Origin: an uncultured Verrucomicrobiota bacterium
GTDB lineage: Bacteria; Verrucomicrobiota; Kiritimatiellia; RFP12; UBA3636
Length of the DNA stretch: 64,000 bases
Direction of reading: 5' to 3'
NCBI GenBank assembly: GCA_949285835.1
Contig: CASEAR010000044.1
Span: forward strand, 3,248-67,247
Below, piece after piece: positions 50,029 to 60,846 of this stretch. Below the pieces are notes generated by a model. That model was not told the origin of the DNA. It saw nothing but the letters and a program-made list of their open reading frames with translations, and made no database searches. Positions within the stretch are counted from its first letter, which is position 1, and every line of letters begins with the position of its first letter. The translations under genes were made by a program, and so were the position numbers.

Positions 50029-51235
50029 GTGTCCTTCTGCGAATGAGCTTGGAAAAGAATCCGGCGTCCGTCTCCCTTTTCTCATTTTCGATTTCGCGCT
50101 GTGCGGCCTTGACAAGAGCTCCATATGCTGAAGCGAAAGCAACGATGTCATTTCTGTGATCAAGTTCGCTGTGTATACTGGGGATTTCGGCTATTGTGCA
50201 CGGCGTCTTGAATATCTTTCTGGCCACGATGCATATGTCATTCTGGCAGGCTCCTCCGCCGCACAGTACCACGCCGGAATTCATGAAGTCGGCATATCCG
50301 TCGTCAGAAAGTTTTTCGTATACGATGCGCAGCGTTTCGTCTATTCTTGCGTTCACTACAGTGTTTGCGGAAAGCATGTCAATGGAACATTGTGAAAGTG
50401 TCTCGTTTACTGTAACGGTTCTAGGATTGCATTTCCCAGCGTCCACTATGGCCGAAGAATTCCTCTTCTTTATCTTTTCGGCATTTTCCCTGCTTATTTT
50501 GAATGCTGTGCACAGGTCTGCGGTGATATGGTCTCCGCCGACTGCCAACGCACCCATGGAGCACGGACTGCCGCCATAGTATGCACACCATTTAGTGACG
50601 CCGCCGCCCAGATCTATGACAAGAACACCGTTTTTGCGTTGCTCCAGATCTGTGCAAGCGGTCACTGCGCAGATCCCAGAGAAGGTCTGCGACACTACGT
50701 CCACGCCCGCTTGTTCAACAGTGTCTTTCAGTGTTTCAAAGCAGTTTTTGTCTATGTGCATCCTGAGTTTTTCGACGGTGAGGCTGGATGCTGTAAATTC
50801 AAGAGGATTCGAGATGCCGGATCTGCCATCGACGCTGAAGTGGCGCCTTGCCGAACAAAGGCTCATTCGCGAAGAGTCCAGACGCGTACTTTCCGCACTT
50901 TCTTCCGCGTCCGCGATTGTATCCGGGTCAATTTTGCCGTGACGCGTCGCGACGTTGACGGTACCCGTAAGTTTCTGGCATTGAGGCTCTCCGCATGAAC
51001 ATACCAGCACTACGCTTTTTATATCGGTATCTGAAGACCGCGATGCCGCTTCGAGCGCCTTGTCCAGTGCCTGTTTGACGATTTTCTGATCCGTTACCTC
51101 ACCTTTGCGCATTCCTGCGGTGAAACTTTCTCCCCAGCCAAGAATGTTTACTATGTTTTCCTCGTCAGGCTGCCCCACTAGCACCTTGACGGATGTCGTA
51201 CCGACCTCAACGACCGTTACGGGGTAATAACTCAT
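50015..51235 (-). CDS. ftsA: cell division protein FtsA (actin-like ATPase)
   Basis: 406 aa actin/Hsp70-fold protein in an ftsQ-ftsA-ftsZ arrangement. N-terminus VVEVGTTSVKVLVG. Confidence 0.85.
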   Translation of the reverse strand: MSYYPVTVVEVGTTSVKVLVGQPDEENIVNILGWGESFTAGMRKGEVTDQKIVKQALDKALEAASRSSDTDIKSVVLVCSCGEPQCQKLTGTVNVATRHGKIDPDTIADAEESAESTRLDSSRMSLCSARRHFSVDGRSGISNPLEFTASSLTVEKLRMHIDKNCFETLKDTVEQAGVDVVSQTFSGICAVTACTDLEQRKNGVLVIDLGGGVTKWCAYYGGSPCSMGALAVGGDHITADLCTAFKISRENAEKIKKRNSSAIVDAGKCNPRTVTVNETLSQCSIDMLSANTVVNARIDETLRIVYEKLSDDGYADFMNSGVVLCGGGACQNDICIVARKIFKTPCTIAEIPSIHSELDHRNDIVAFASAYGALVKAAQREIENEKRETDAGFFSKLIRRRTHDEV

Positions 51236-51257
51236 AACCTGTTCCCGCTTTCCTCAT

Positions 51258-52025
51258 TTAACCGGCAATCACGCGTTTTTCGTTGATTAATACGGTGAAC
51301 CGGCGTTTTGTTCTGTTGTTGGCCACGGGTCTTGCCGCAAGTTTCAGCGCCATAACTATATCTCCCGTTCCTTTCATGTCTTCCCATGGGATGCATATTT
51401 CTTTGCCGGTGTCAGTGTAGAGCGTCAGATATATTCCGTTAGCGGTATCCGCCATAACAATTTTGAATCCCGGGTTCCCAAACTTTGAAAAGCAGTCCAG
51501 TGCGGATACTGCAGTAATTGATTTTTCCGTTTTAAGCTCATCTCCAGGTAGTTTGTCTGCGATATCTGCATCGTTTATCACAGGCAGAGAATGAAGCAGG
51601 TCATTTCTTGTCCGGGGCAGTGTCATTACAACGCCGTCCGGGTCCACGACGAACCTGCTGTTGTTGATTCTTGCTACCGGTATGCGATCCACGGGGCTTA
51701 TCCGTATTGTATTCGGGAAAATTTTCTCTATGCTGATGTCCCGCAGCTGAGGAAGGTCCCTGAGGATCTGGCTGCGGCTCTTGCCGCAGTCGAAGTCCAT
51801 TATTTTATCGCCTTCATCACCTACTTTAATTTTGTCGCCTTTTTTTGTCGTCAGCAGATCCATTATCTGCTCTCTGGTCAGTTCGGTCAGTCCGGTACGC
51901 ACATCGACATGCCTGATCCGGTAGTCAGGATTGGCACGGTAGGCAAAGTAATTAGTCAATGTCAGGAGTACTGTGGCAGAGAAAATTGTCGCCGCTGTCG
52001 CGACGTCTTTATTGGTTATCCGCAT
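51258..52025 (-). CDS. ftsQ: cell division protein FtsQ/DivIB-like (POTRA)
   Basis: N-terminal TM anchor and a POTRA-like region. Position between ddl and ftsA. Confidence 0.6.
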   Translation of the reverse strand: MRITNKDVATAATIFSATVLLTLTNYFAYRANPDYRIRHVDVRTGLTELTREQIMDLLTTKKGDKIKVGDEGDKIMDFDCGKSRSQILRDLPQLRDISIEKIFPNTIRISPVDRIPVARINNSRFVVDPDGVVMTLPRTRNDLLHSLPVINDADIADKLPGDELKTEKSITAVSALDCFSKFGNPGFKIVMADTANGIYLTLYTDTGKEICIPWEDMKGTGDIVMALKLAARPVANNRTKRRFTVLINEKRVIAG

Positions 52026-52942
52026 TCAGCATCCTCCATTATCGCAGCGCACAGCCGGGAAAACGGTATGCCGCGCTTTGCTGCAGATTTGGGCAAAATG
52101 CTTGTCTTTGTGCATCCGGGTATCGTATTTATCTCCAGCACATATGGCGTACCAGATGGATCGATCCTGAAATCCACCCTTGCCACACTTCTTGCGCCGA
52201 TAGCATTGAATGCGCGCATGGCTGTTTCGGAGACTTCTGAAATAATCCTCAAATCCGCCTGATGATTGTCCTCCGGAAAAGTGTAAGAAGTGGTTCCGCC
52301 CGAGAAATATTTTGCTTTCCAGTCGTAAAGGCCTGTTTTCGGCGTTATCTCGACTGGCGGCAGCACTTCTTTCAGAAGGATCGGCACACTCCATTCCCGG
52401 CCGGGTATGTACTGTTCTACGACGACGTCGGGGCAGAACTCCCGGGCGTTGGAAAGCGCCTTAGCGAATTCGGATTCATCATGTACAACGGATATTCCCA
52501 CACTTGATCCCTGTCTGGCAGGTTTGACTACCACGGGCGGTCTCATTTTCATGGGAGAATCTGCCACGGCCTGATCGATATGCATTCCCTTCGGTATGCG
52601 GATCCCCGCCCGTGCAAATTCTCTCCGGGAAAGGACTTTGTCGAATCCAATTTGCGAGGCTTTTTCTCCGGAACCCGTATACGGCAGTCCCATTTCGCGC
52701 AGTTTTTTCTGGACTTGTCCATCTTCTCCGAACGCGCCGTGCAGCGCCACGAATACGGCTTGAACTCCGTCTGGGATGCTGAACGAATTACCGTTGCCGA
52801 GCACAACCCTTGAAACGGTATATCCAGCCTCTTCAAGTCCGTCCGATACTGCCTTGCCAGACATCATGGAGATTTCACATTCGCTGGAATCTCCGCCCAT
52901 TAAAACCGCTACGTGGTCGAATTTTCTTTTATTGCCGTTCAT
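52016..52942 (-). CDS. ddl: D-alanine--D-alanine ligase
   Basis: ATP-grasp fold. N-terminus HVAVLMGGDSSECEISMMSG, with central and C-terminal Ddl motifs. Confidence 0.9.
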   Translation of the reverse strand: MNGNKRKFDHVAVLMGGDSSECEISMMSGKAVSDGLEEAGYTVSRVVLGNGNSFSIPDGVQAVFVALHGAFGEDGQVQKKLREMGLPYTGSGEKASQIGFDKVLSRREFARAGIRIPKGMHIDQAVADSPMKMRPPVVVKPARQGSSVGISVVHDESEFAKALSNAREFCPDVVVEQYIPGREWSVPILLKEVLPPVEITPKTGLYDWKAKYFSGGTTSYTFPEDNHQADLRIISEVSETAMRAFNAIGARSVARVDFRIDPSGTPYVLEINTIPGCTKTSILPKSAAKRGIPFSRLCAAIMEDAECG

Positions 52943-54213
52943 TTTATTTCCAATTCACATCTTATTCCGGTGTTCGCATCGGATGAAATTTGTCTGAAGG
53001 TTTCGGCGGCGCACGAACCAATGAACGAGGGGGATGTTATGATGTCGAACAGGTGTACATTCTGCGTATAGTTCACGATGGTGAAATCGCTTGTGCCGAC
53101 GTGTTCTTCAACCTTTTTCAATGCGTTGTCATAGTATCCGATTTCGTCTATAAGACCGGCCGAAAGGGCCTGTCCTGCCGTCATTATTCGTCCGTCTGCA
53201 ATGGCTCTTACCTTTGCTTCAGGCAGTCCGCGTCCTTGCGCAACGATATTTACGAATCTGTTGTGCATGTCATCCACAACGCTGCTGATCAGACGTTCCT
53301 GTTCCGGGGTCATTTCTAACATCGGATTCAGGAGGTCTTTATTGTCGCCGGACTTTATGGACGCGTCTTTTATGCCTATGTTGTCGGTCAGGTTTTTCAG
53401 ATTTACCGACCGTATAATAACGCCTATTGATCCGGTTATAGTTGTTGGTGCGGCTATTATATAATCGGCAGCAGAAGCTATGTAGTAGGCGCCGGATGCC
53501 CCTGTGCTTCCCATGACGACAATCACAAAACGATTTTTCCCGGATTCTCTGAACCTGCACAGCTCATGCCAAACCGCGTCCGCCGCTGTAACTTCTCCGC
53601 CAGGAGAGTCTATCTCAAGTATTATTCCGGCGATATCCTCATCTTTGCGGGCCTTGGCCAACTGCCTTACGAATAAGGCCGCGCTCTTTTCTTCGGAGCG
53701 CAGGGAGAAACCTGATTCGAAAGATATGGTGCCGTTTATCTTCATGTGCAGTACCTGCACGCTGTCGCATCCAGGTTTTTCAATTTTTTTCGAGATGTCT
53801 GAAAACTCGTAGTCGCCTTCACCTGTAGACGCGGACATGCTCGTGTTGAATTCATGCATTCCAGCTCGGATAATGGACGCCGTAGCTAGAATCGTGGCAA
53901 CTACGACAGCGGCCGCAATGATGCAAAGCCCAAACAGCAATCTTCCGAGGCATCCCCATGGCCCGATTTTTTCCCGACCGGACGTGTTTGGGCCCGGGGG
54001 CGGGGGAGGTATATCTGGCGGGCGGGTTTCATACCTCTGGCCATCAGCCGCATATGAATTCGCTGCAGTCTCTGTATTACGGAATTCTGCTGAGTCGCTG
54101 TAATTGTGGATTTGCATGGCTGTTTGAAACCTCCTGATCCTGTGGCGCATGTTGCTGTCAGGCGCCGGCTTTGCCGATTTTTTCCATGACGGCTTTGAGA
54201 TCTCCCCAGGCAC
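52939..54213 (-). CDS. sppA: signal peptide peptidase SppA (36K type) with an N-terminal Pro-rich extension
   Basis: ClpP/crotonase-fold S49 motifs (SPGGEVTAAD, GSTGASGAYYIASAAD). N-terminal cytoplasmic extension with PPPPPGP followed by a TM segment. Confidence 0.8.
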   Translation of the reverse strand: MPGEISKPSWKKSAKPAPDSNMRHRIRRFQTAMQIHNYSDSAEFRNTETAANSYAADGQRYETRPPDIPPPPPGPNTSGREKIGPWGCLGRLLFGLCIIAAAVVVATILATASIIRAGMHEFNTSMSASTGEGDYEFSDISKKIEKPGCDSVQVLHMKINGTISFESGFSLRSEEKSAALFVRQLAKARKDEDIAGIILEIDSPGGEVTAADAVWHELCRFRESGKNRFVIVVMGSTGASGAYYIASAADYIIAAPTTITGSIGVIIRSVNLKNLTDNIGIKDASIKSGDNKDLLNPMLEMTPEQERLISSVVDDMHNRFVNIVAQGRGLPEAKVRAIADGRIMTAGQALSAGLIDEIGYYDNALKKVEEHVGTSDFTIVNYTQNVHLFDIITSPSFIGSCAAETFRQISSDANTGIRCELEIK

Positions 54214-55015
54214 TGCGTTTCGCTTCGGGGTACCGGTTCAGGTATGTCGGATCGAATGTCGGCACGCCGGGGATGCCGGATCTCATATGCCACATGCCGT
54301 GTACGGAAGAAACCGACGTCTTTACGCCGAACACATGCCGCGCGGCAACATCTCCGAATGTGATTATGACCGAAGGCGCGGCCGAACTTATCAGCGAATC
54401 CAGCCAGCCCATACATGCTTCATAGTCCGGTTTTACGTTGGATCCACTGTGTTTTCCCGACATATAGGCCAGAAGCACCTCGTTTTCAGAAAGATTCATG
54501 GCGGAAATCATTTTGCTCAAAAGGACGCGATCCTTTCCGCTGTATGGCACTGCTCCGTCTGGCTCATCCATGCGGGGACAGTCGGAAATAAACATCACAA
54601 GCGGCTTGTCCCTGCTCCCTCTGAAAGTGCCGCATCCGTGTTTGGCGGGAGCTGGAGCGTGCAGGCCTGCAGAAGCTGCACGTACACCTGCAGCCTCAGT
54701 TTTTTTTCTGTCCTTCGGCTTACGGTCCCCATGCACAGGACTCGGGCGCAGAAAAGCAGACGCCGCCTGTTCGGAGACGGCATAAATCCCGCGTCCGGAG
54801 TCTATTTCGTTCCGGATGTAAAGAACAAGAGAGTTGACGATGTTTTGAAATTCAGCGGCAATGGATGGCATTCCTTTTCCCCAAAATCGGCGCACATGGT
54901 ACCAAATTCTTGTTTTTTTCGCAACATTGCCGCATGCGCGGGGCATACGCGGCAGCATTCGTATATCTGTCACGGATGGCACGACCCGTAGCGTGGCGGG
55001 CTCTGCCCGCCGCAC
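54158..55015 (-). CDS. uracil-DNA glycosylase superfamily protein (family 4/5-like) with an N-terminal extension
   Basis: C-terminal TFDPTYLNRYPEAKR resembles the family-4 UDG HPA(A)LLRNP motif, with a central ..ISDCPRMDEPDG.. region. The annotated start overlaps sppA by 56 bp, so the real start may be internal. Confidence 0.5.
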   Translation of the reverse strand: MRRAEPATLRVVPSVTDIRMLPRMPRACGNVAKKTRIWYHVRRFWGKGMPSIAAEFQNIVNSLVLYIRNEIDSGRGIYAVSEQAASAFLRPSPVHGDRKPKDRKKTEAAGVRAASAGLHAPAPAKHGCGTFRGSRDKPLVMFISDCPRMDEPDGAVPYSGKDRVLLSKMISAMNLSENEVLLAYMSGKHSGSNVKPDYEACMGWLDSLISSAAPSVIITFGDVAARHVFGVKTSVSSVHGMWHMRSGIPGVPTFDPTYLNRYPEAKRSAWGDLKAVMEKIGKAGA

Positions 55016-55186
55016 GGGAATTTTCAGGACGTAAAAGTTTTGTGTTTTCGGACGCGGTGCTGCGAATCAACTTGACTCGCAATACAACTCTGATATATTA
55101 TTGCGCCACGGATTGCGAAGTGGAGTCATTTGCGTGATTCCGCTTCTTTTGTTTTTGATAAGAACGGTCATTGACGGAGGTAAAGA

Positions 55187-56446
55187 ATGAACAGCGACTT
55201 GATATCCAGCTTCAGCACGCTTGAGCATCAGAGGGGGTTTGACCGTTCCGTTCTTCTTAAAGCAGTTGAGACGGCATTGATTTCGGCGGCAAAGAAGACT
55301 CTCGGAAATTCCTGCGACGTAAGGGTGGAAATTGATCCTAAGACGTGTAAGCCCACGGTGTATCAACGCTTTATCGTAAATGATGCCGTTCGTGGCGATG
55401 ATATGATAACACTTGAAGAAGCACGGAAAATAAAGCCGGATGCGGAGCTTGGGGACACGGTTGAAAAGCCGGTCAGCAATTCTCTGTTCGGGCGTATCGC
55501 TACTCAGTCTGCGAAACAGGCTCTTAATCAGCAGCTGCGTCAGGCCGAGAAGGACATTGTGGTGAATCGTTACAAAAACAGGGTGGGGGAGTTGGTAACG
55601 GCTGTTGTGAGGCAGAACCTCCGCGGCGACTACATATGTGACTTTGAGGGGTCTGAGGCAATCCTTGCGTCCGGAGATCACGCCCCCAATGATGATTTCT
55701 TCCCGGGAGATTCCTTCCGCGCACTCCTTGTTGAAATCTCATCCGATCAGGCATCTCCCAGCATAAGGCTCTCAAGAACCACTCCAAAGTTTATTCACGC
55801 GCTGTTTGCTGAGGAAGTCTCTGAGATTTCAGAAGGTATCGTTGAGATTTTGAATATTTCCAGAGATCCCGGCTTCAGGACGAAAATTGCCGTGCGTTCC
55901 ACAGACCCGAAGGTCGATCCGGTTGGCGCCTGCGTGGGGATTCGGGGAAACAGGATCAACAACATAAGGGATTCCCTCAACGGCGAAAAGATCGACATAG
56001 TTGAGTGGAGCGACGATATATTGACTTTTGCCAAGAATGCACTTTTGCCGGCAAAAGTGCTCTCGATCTCTGTTTCAGAAGACAATCCGCATGTCATTGT
56101 GGGCACAGTGGATTCTTCTCACTATACTCAGGCCATCGGGAAGCGCGGTCAGAACGTCAGACTGGCAGGAAAGCTTCTGGGTGACCGCTGGGTTATAAAT
56201 ATTTCCAAAGATGACCGCGGCTCTGATATTCCGTTCGAGGAAAAGCTGCGGCAGGCTGTCAGCCATCTGGCCTCGCTCGGGGGAGTGTTTTCAGAAACGG
56301 CGGAAATCCTTGTGAGGAATGGGTTCCTTACGCCTGAAGGCATAACGGCGCTTACGCAGGAGGACTTTGTCAAAGAGTGTGAACTTGATGCGGAAGTCGC
56401 CGGCATGGTTTGGAACAAAGCGAAAGAAATTGTTTCCGGGAAATAG
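55187..56446 (+). CDS. nusA: transcription termination/antitermination factor NusA
   Basis: N-terminal domain, S1 and two KH domains, all colinear with NusA. Sits in a nusA-infB-rbfA operon. Confidence 0.9.
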   Translation: MNSDLISSFSTLEHQRGFDRSVLLKAVETALISAAKKTLGNSCDVRVEIDPKTCKPTVYQRFIVNDAVRGDDMITLEEARKIKPDAELGDTVEKPVSNSLFGRIATQSAKQALNQQLRQAEKDIVVNRYKNRVGELVTAVVRQNLRGDYICDFEGSEAILASGDHAPNDDFFPGDSFRALLVEISSDQASPSIRLSRTTPKFIHALFAEEVSEISEGIVEILNISRDPGFRTKIAVRSTDPKVDPVGACVGIRGNRINNIRDSLNGEKIDIVEWSDDILTFAKNALLPAKVLSISVSEDNPHVIVGTVDSSHYTQAIGKRGQNVRLAGKLLGDRWVINISKDDRGSDIPFEEKLRQAVSHLASLGGVFSETAEILVRNGFLTPEGITALTQEDFVKECELDAEVAGMVWNKAKEIVSGK

Positions 56447-56449
56447 TGA

Positions 56450-59299
56450 ATGCATAGAATGAGATTGTTTCAATTGGCGGATGAACTCGGTACTACACCG
56501 GGAGATCTCGTAAAACAGGCATCGGATTTGGATGTCGATGCGCCTTCTTTCATATGTCTTCTTTCCGAAGAGGACGAGAGGGTCATTCGCGCAGGATTCA
56601 AAAAACGCTCTTCTGTCGAACTGGCGGATATGCAGCATGCTGCCGCAGACAGAATTGCAGCCAAAGCCGAGCGTGCCAAAGCCCGGGCCAAGGAGAGAAT
56701 TGCGTCCGAGACGGAAGCTTTGCGTGCAGCGATTAACGAAGCGCGCCGTCTGAAGGAGGAAAAGGAGGCTGCTTCCGCCGCTGGTATGTCGGCTGTTCTG
56801 GAATCTGCTTCTGCGTCTGGTGTGACGCCTGAAGAGAATGCCGGGGACACGCCGGCGCCGCTCACGGAAACTGCAGAAGGTATCCGCGCAGAGGATGCAA
56901 ATGAGAAAGAGCCGGAAGAACAGCCGGCAGCCTTTTCCGAAGAAAAGGGTCCCGAGCCTGCCGCGCAGCCCGCAAGCGTTTCGGTTCAGCCGTTGAAATC
57001 GCAGAGTACGTTCCTGAAGGACCTGCCCGTGCGGCAGATGCAGGCTCCGCGCCCGGAATTCAGCCCGAAGAAGGTGCAGCAGCCGACAAAGTCTGCTGTT
57101 CAGCCTTCGAAGGCGCCGCAGAAGGCCGCCGCTCCGCAATCGGATGCTCCAGGCAGACACATGCCTGTGCAGAATGATTTGTCTCCTGTTGAGAAAAATA
57201 CGGAAAAAACGGACAAAAAAGGCTCCTCCGCGGCGAAGGCCGATGAGTCCAGACTTCTGCGTCCGGATAAGAATCTAGCGAAAGCCCAGAAACACCAGAA
57301 AAAGTCACTGCGTGCGTTTGTGCCGGACGACGATGATTTTGATGACGACATCAATCACAGCTTCCCGCGGAACTATACTGGACCGGTTCGCAGCGGCGGT
57401 GCTCGCCCCATGAAACAGCCCTCTGTACAAGCCGTACCGCAGGCAAAACCTGTTTTGCCGCAGGTACCGTCGTCCGTACAGAACGACATAGACGCGAAGA
57501 TTTTCAAAGTTCATGGTCCAATGGTTGTCAAAGACCTTGCCGCCAAACTCGGGAGCAAGCCCAACCTTATCATAACGGAGCTGATGAAGCAGGGCGTGCT
57601 CGCTTCGATAAATCAGACTGTTGCAATGGATGTCGCCATAAAGGTGGCGGAGGCGCACGGGTTTGCTGTGGAACAGGACAAGTCGCGTCGTTCCATCGCA
57701 AACCGGCCCGTTTTCAAAGATCCGGCCGCCGACGACGATATTCCAGAGGATACTCCTAGTCAGCTCAAACCGCGCCCGCCCGTAGTAACGTTTCTGGGAC
57801 ATGTAGATCATGGAAAAACATCTTTGATGGATCGCATCCGGAAGTCAAATGTTGCGGCAGGTGAGGCCGGGGGCATTACCCAGCATATCGGCGCATACAC
57901 CGTGGATGTGAAGGGGCAGCCGATAACATTCCTAGATACTCCGGGACACGCGGCGTTTTCTGCAATGAGGGCGCGCGGTGCGAACCTTACGGACATTGCG
58001 GTCATAATCATTGCGGCAGACGATGGCATAATGCCACAGACCAAGGAGGCAATACAGCATGCCAAGAATGCCCATGTCACGATAATGGTCGCCATAAACA
58101 AATGCGATCTGCCTCAGGCGAATCCGGACAGGGTCATGCGTCAGCTTCAGGCTGAGAGCCTGACTCCGGAAGAATGGGGCGGTGATACGATCGTGTGCAG
58201 CGTAAGCGCTCAGACAGGTGAGGGTGTTGATCATCTTCTGGAGATGATTTTGCTTCAGGCTGAAGTTCTCGAGCTCAGGGCAAACCCTGACCGCCGCGCA
58301 AATGGAACCGTTATCGAGGCGAAGATGGAACCCGGAAGCGGGCCTATTGCAAGCGTACTTGTAACGGGCGGCACTCTTAAGGTCGGAGACGTTGTGCTGT
58401 GCGGTGAATTTTATGGGAAACTGCGCGCAATTGTTGATGTTTCCGGCAAGAGGGTATCCAAAATAGGGCCGTCGATGGCTGCTCGGATCATGGGACTTTC
58501 CGGAGTTCCGGATGCGGGCGCGGAGTTCCGTGTGATACCAAACGAGAAGAGAGCCAGAGAGTTGGCTGAGGAGTTTGCGGAGAACAAGAAACTTGAGATG
58601 CTCGGGACCTCCACTCAGGCGCATTCCATTGATGACATTTTCAAAAAGATGGATGACGCGGAAAAGCTCCAGCTTGACATCATTCTGCGTGCAGATGTTC
58701 AGGGCTCCGTTGAGGCGATTCAGACGTCCATAGAGCAGATAAAGAGCACTAAGGTTTCGTGCGAGATCATACAGGCGGGAACAGGCTCTATTACTTCTAA
58801 CGATGTCCAGAGGGCAAGCGGAGGCGCACAGAAGGCAGGAGGAGGCAAAGCCGTAATCATCGGGTTCAACGTATCCCCGGAGCCTGGTGTGCTCTCGGAG
58901 GCCCGGCACAACGGCGTGAACGTACGAACCTTCAAGATTATATACGAATTGCTGGATTTCGTGCAGCAGGAGATGCTGAATATTATACCTGTAGAGCATC
59001 GTGAGGTCATAAAAGGACACGCTCAGGTTAAGCAGATATTTGTGCTTAACCGTGTTGGTGTCGCCGCCGGCAGCATTGTACTGGATGGAGTTGTTTCCTC
59101 TTCTGCGAAGGTTCGTGTCTTGCGAAACAAGAAGGTGGTGCATACAGGCGGAATTGCATCGATACGTCACTACAAGGATGAAGTCAAGGAAGTAAGTCAG
59201 GCGCAGGAATGCGGTATAATCCTGTCGGATTTTGAAGACTTCCACGAGAACGACATAATAGAGTGCTTTGTATTTGAGGAACTTCCAAAAACGCTTTGA
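56450..59299 (+). CDS. infB: translation initiation factor IF-2
   Basis: 949 aa. G-domain motifs [13 protein letters not shown] and NKCD. Low-complexity Ala/Pro/Glu-rich N-terminal region. Confidence 0.95.
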   Translation: MHRMRLFQLADELGTTPGDLVKQASDLDVDAPSFICLLSEEDERVIRAGFKKRSSVELADMQHAAADRIAAKAERAKARAKERIASETEALRAAINEARRLKEEKEAASAAGMSAVLESASASGVTPEENAGDTPAPLTETAEGIRAEDANEKEPEEQPAAFSEEKGPEPAAQPASVSVQPLKSQSTFLKDLPVRQMQAPRPEFSPKKVQQPTKSAVQPSKAPQKAAAPQSDAPGRHMPVQNDLSPVEKNTEKTDKKGSSAAKADESRLLRPDKNLAKAQKHQKKSLRAFVPDDDDFDDDINHSFPRNYTGPVRSGGARPMKQPSVQAVPQAKPVLPQVPSSVQNDIDAKIFKVHGPMVVKDLAAKLGSKPNLIITELMKQGVLASINQTVAMDVAIKVAEAHGFAVEQDKSRRSIANRPVFKDPAADDDIPEDTPSQLKPRPPVVTFLGHVDHGKTSLMDRIRKSNVAAGEAGGITQHIGAYTVDVKGQPITFLDTPGHAAFSAMRARGANLTDIAVIIIAADDGIMPQTKEAIQHAKNAHVTIMVAINKCDLPQANPDRVMRQLQAESLTPEEWGGDTIVCSVSAQTGEGVDHLLEMILLQAEVLELRANPDRRANGTVIEAKMEPGSGPIASVLVTGGTLKVGDVVLCGEFYGKLRAIVDVSGKRVSKIGPSMAARIMGLSGVPDAGAEFRVIPNEKRARELAEEFAENKKLEMLGTSTQAHSIDDIFKKMDDAEKLQLDIILRADVQGSVEAIQTSIEQIKSTKVSCEIIQAGTGSITSNDVQRASGGAQKAGGGKAVIIGFNVSPEPGVLSEARHNGVNVRTFKIIYELLDFVQQEMLNIIPVEHREVIKGHAQVKQIFVLNRVGVAAGSIVLDGVVSSSAKVRVLRNKKVVHTGGIASIRHYKDEVKEVSQAQECGIILSDFEDFHENDIIECFVFEELPKTL

Positions 59300-59320
59300 T
59301 GCTTTTGAAGGGGTTTTCGT

Positions 59321-59719
59321 GTGGCGGTAGACAGGATAAAGAGGATAAACGAGATGATTCGCCGGGAGTTGGCGATGTCCGTCTTCAGGATTGGAGGCGG
59401 CGAGTCGGTTGATCCCGGATCAATCTCGTTCGTGGAGGTGGATACTTCCAGGGATCTGCACTTTGCCGCGGTGTTCGTGTCGTTAATGGACGAGGATGGG
59501 ATAGATGCTGAGCTGAAAATGAAGTGGCTGCGTCGTCATCGTGTCGAATTCCAGCAGATAATTGCAGACCGGCTCGCGTTGAAATATACGCCGAAGCTGC
59601 ATTTTAAGCGTACGACAGCTATTGCCAATGGAGATAGGACACTTAAAATTCTGGAGAATCTGGAAGACGGGTCTTCCGGATGCGTGATGCACGATGATGG
59701 AGTTTTTCCGGGAAATTAG
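59321..59719 (+). CDS. rbfA: ribosome-binding factor A
   Basis: 132 aa KH-like RbfA (RIKRINEMIRRELA..). GTG start. Follows infB. Confidence 0.85.
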   Translation: MAVDRIKRINEMIRRELAMSVFRIGGGESVDPGSISFVEVDTSRDLHFAAVFVSLMDEDGIDAELKMKWLRRHRVEFQQIIADRLALKYTPKLHFKRTTAIANGDRTLKILENLEDGSSGCVMHDDGVFPGN

Positions 59720-59774
59720 TTCTCGGGATGCATATGTTTTGTAAATTGCCGGCGGCTTTTTTTCAGGAGTGTTT

Positions 59775-60503
59775 ATGAAAAGTGCCTTGATTGTCTTTGT
59801 AATGGTCTTTATGAGTTCCTGTTGTCACGGTCTTTGTGCAGAAGTCTCTGAGAATGCTCCCATGTCAAAACGTGTAGTGCGGCTGCCCCCGGAGGCTTTT
59901 ACAAATCCGAAGGAGCATATTGTCATTGTGAATCACAACGGTGCGCTAGATTCACAATGGCTTAAATCTGAGTGTGATTACATGAAGGGGCAGCTTTTCG
60001 TAAACGTAAAAAGCATGAATTATGACGGGGATCTGGGAACAGACTACCGCGCGGCGGCAAGGATGCTCCAAACCAAGGCGGGCCCTGATGCGAAGATACT
60101 GATTCTTGTGACTGACAACAAGGATGCCCCTGCGATTATGACAGCTCCGTATGAAAATTGGGCGGTTGTGAATTCAGGATGGATAAAGGCCAGCGGCGGT
60201 GGCAGCGATATAGTTAATCTTCGAATGGGGAAGCGGATGTTTCAGGCGTTGGGACACTGCATCGGTGCTGGTTACCGTATGGAGCGCGAGTCCAATCTGC
60301 GGTATTCGCCAACGCCGGAATCGATGGACGACTGTCTTTCTCACGGATTCCACCCGCTTAATCTAAATATCTTCTCTGTCGTTTCAAAGGCGATAGGTTT
60401 GGAAAATATCAGGCTTCGTCCTCGTTCCGAACTCATCAGGGACGGCATTTTCCCTGCTCCTGCTTCTACAAACGAGCCTTCTGCACGCAAGGCAGATAAG
60501 TAA
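59775..60503 (+). CDS. hypothetical secreted protein (signal peptide, Cys-containing)
   Basis: N-terminal hydrophobic signal MKSALIVFVMVFMSSCC. RBS CAGGAG lies 6 nt upstream. I recognise no family. Confidence 0.5.
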   Translation: MKSALIVFVMVFMSSCCHGLCAEVSENAPMSKRVVRLPPEAFTNPKEHIVIVNHNGALDSQWLKSECDYMKGQLFVNVKSMNYDGDLGTDYRAAARMLQTKAGPDAKILILVTDNKDAPAIMTAPYENWAVVNSGWIKASGGGSDIVNLRMGKRMFQALGHCIGAGYRMERESNLRYSPTPESMDDCLSHGFHPLNLNIFSVVSKAIGLENIRLRPRSELIRDGIFPAPASTNEPSARKADK

Positions 60504-60846
60504 CCGAACGGCATATGCTACTGCGGGAAACGGCTCTGTCTTCAGCGTTGCGGGTCCGGTTGTCTCCTCTGTATCACGGTTTTGGACTGATCATTATCTG
60601 TCCGGTGCGTTGTGCGGGATCTCTGATCAGAGAATGTTTTTTCGGCAGTCTCATGAGCGATCCGGGAGAAGATTGCGGAATCGGTGAACACTCATAATGC
60701 GATAAGGCCGCTGGACTGCTGTTGTTCATGCTCCATTCTGGCGCAGGTCGTCGTGTACGAGCGGCGCTGGCCGCCCTATGGTCAATTATGCAGGCAGTGA
60801 AGGTGCGCCGACACCGCTCCGAGTCGATTCTTTGCATGAAACACTT

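Noticed and set aside
48910-50163. Full 417-aa ORF as the FtsZ coding region
   Set aside because: The N-terminal 45 residues would overlap ftsA by about 150 bp and lack FtsZ similarity. The internal Met directly before the GTGGAGS motif is the more plausible start.
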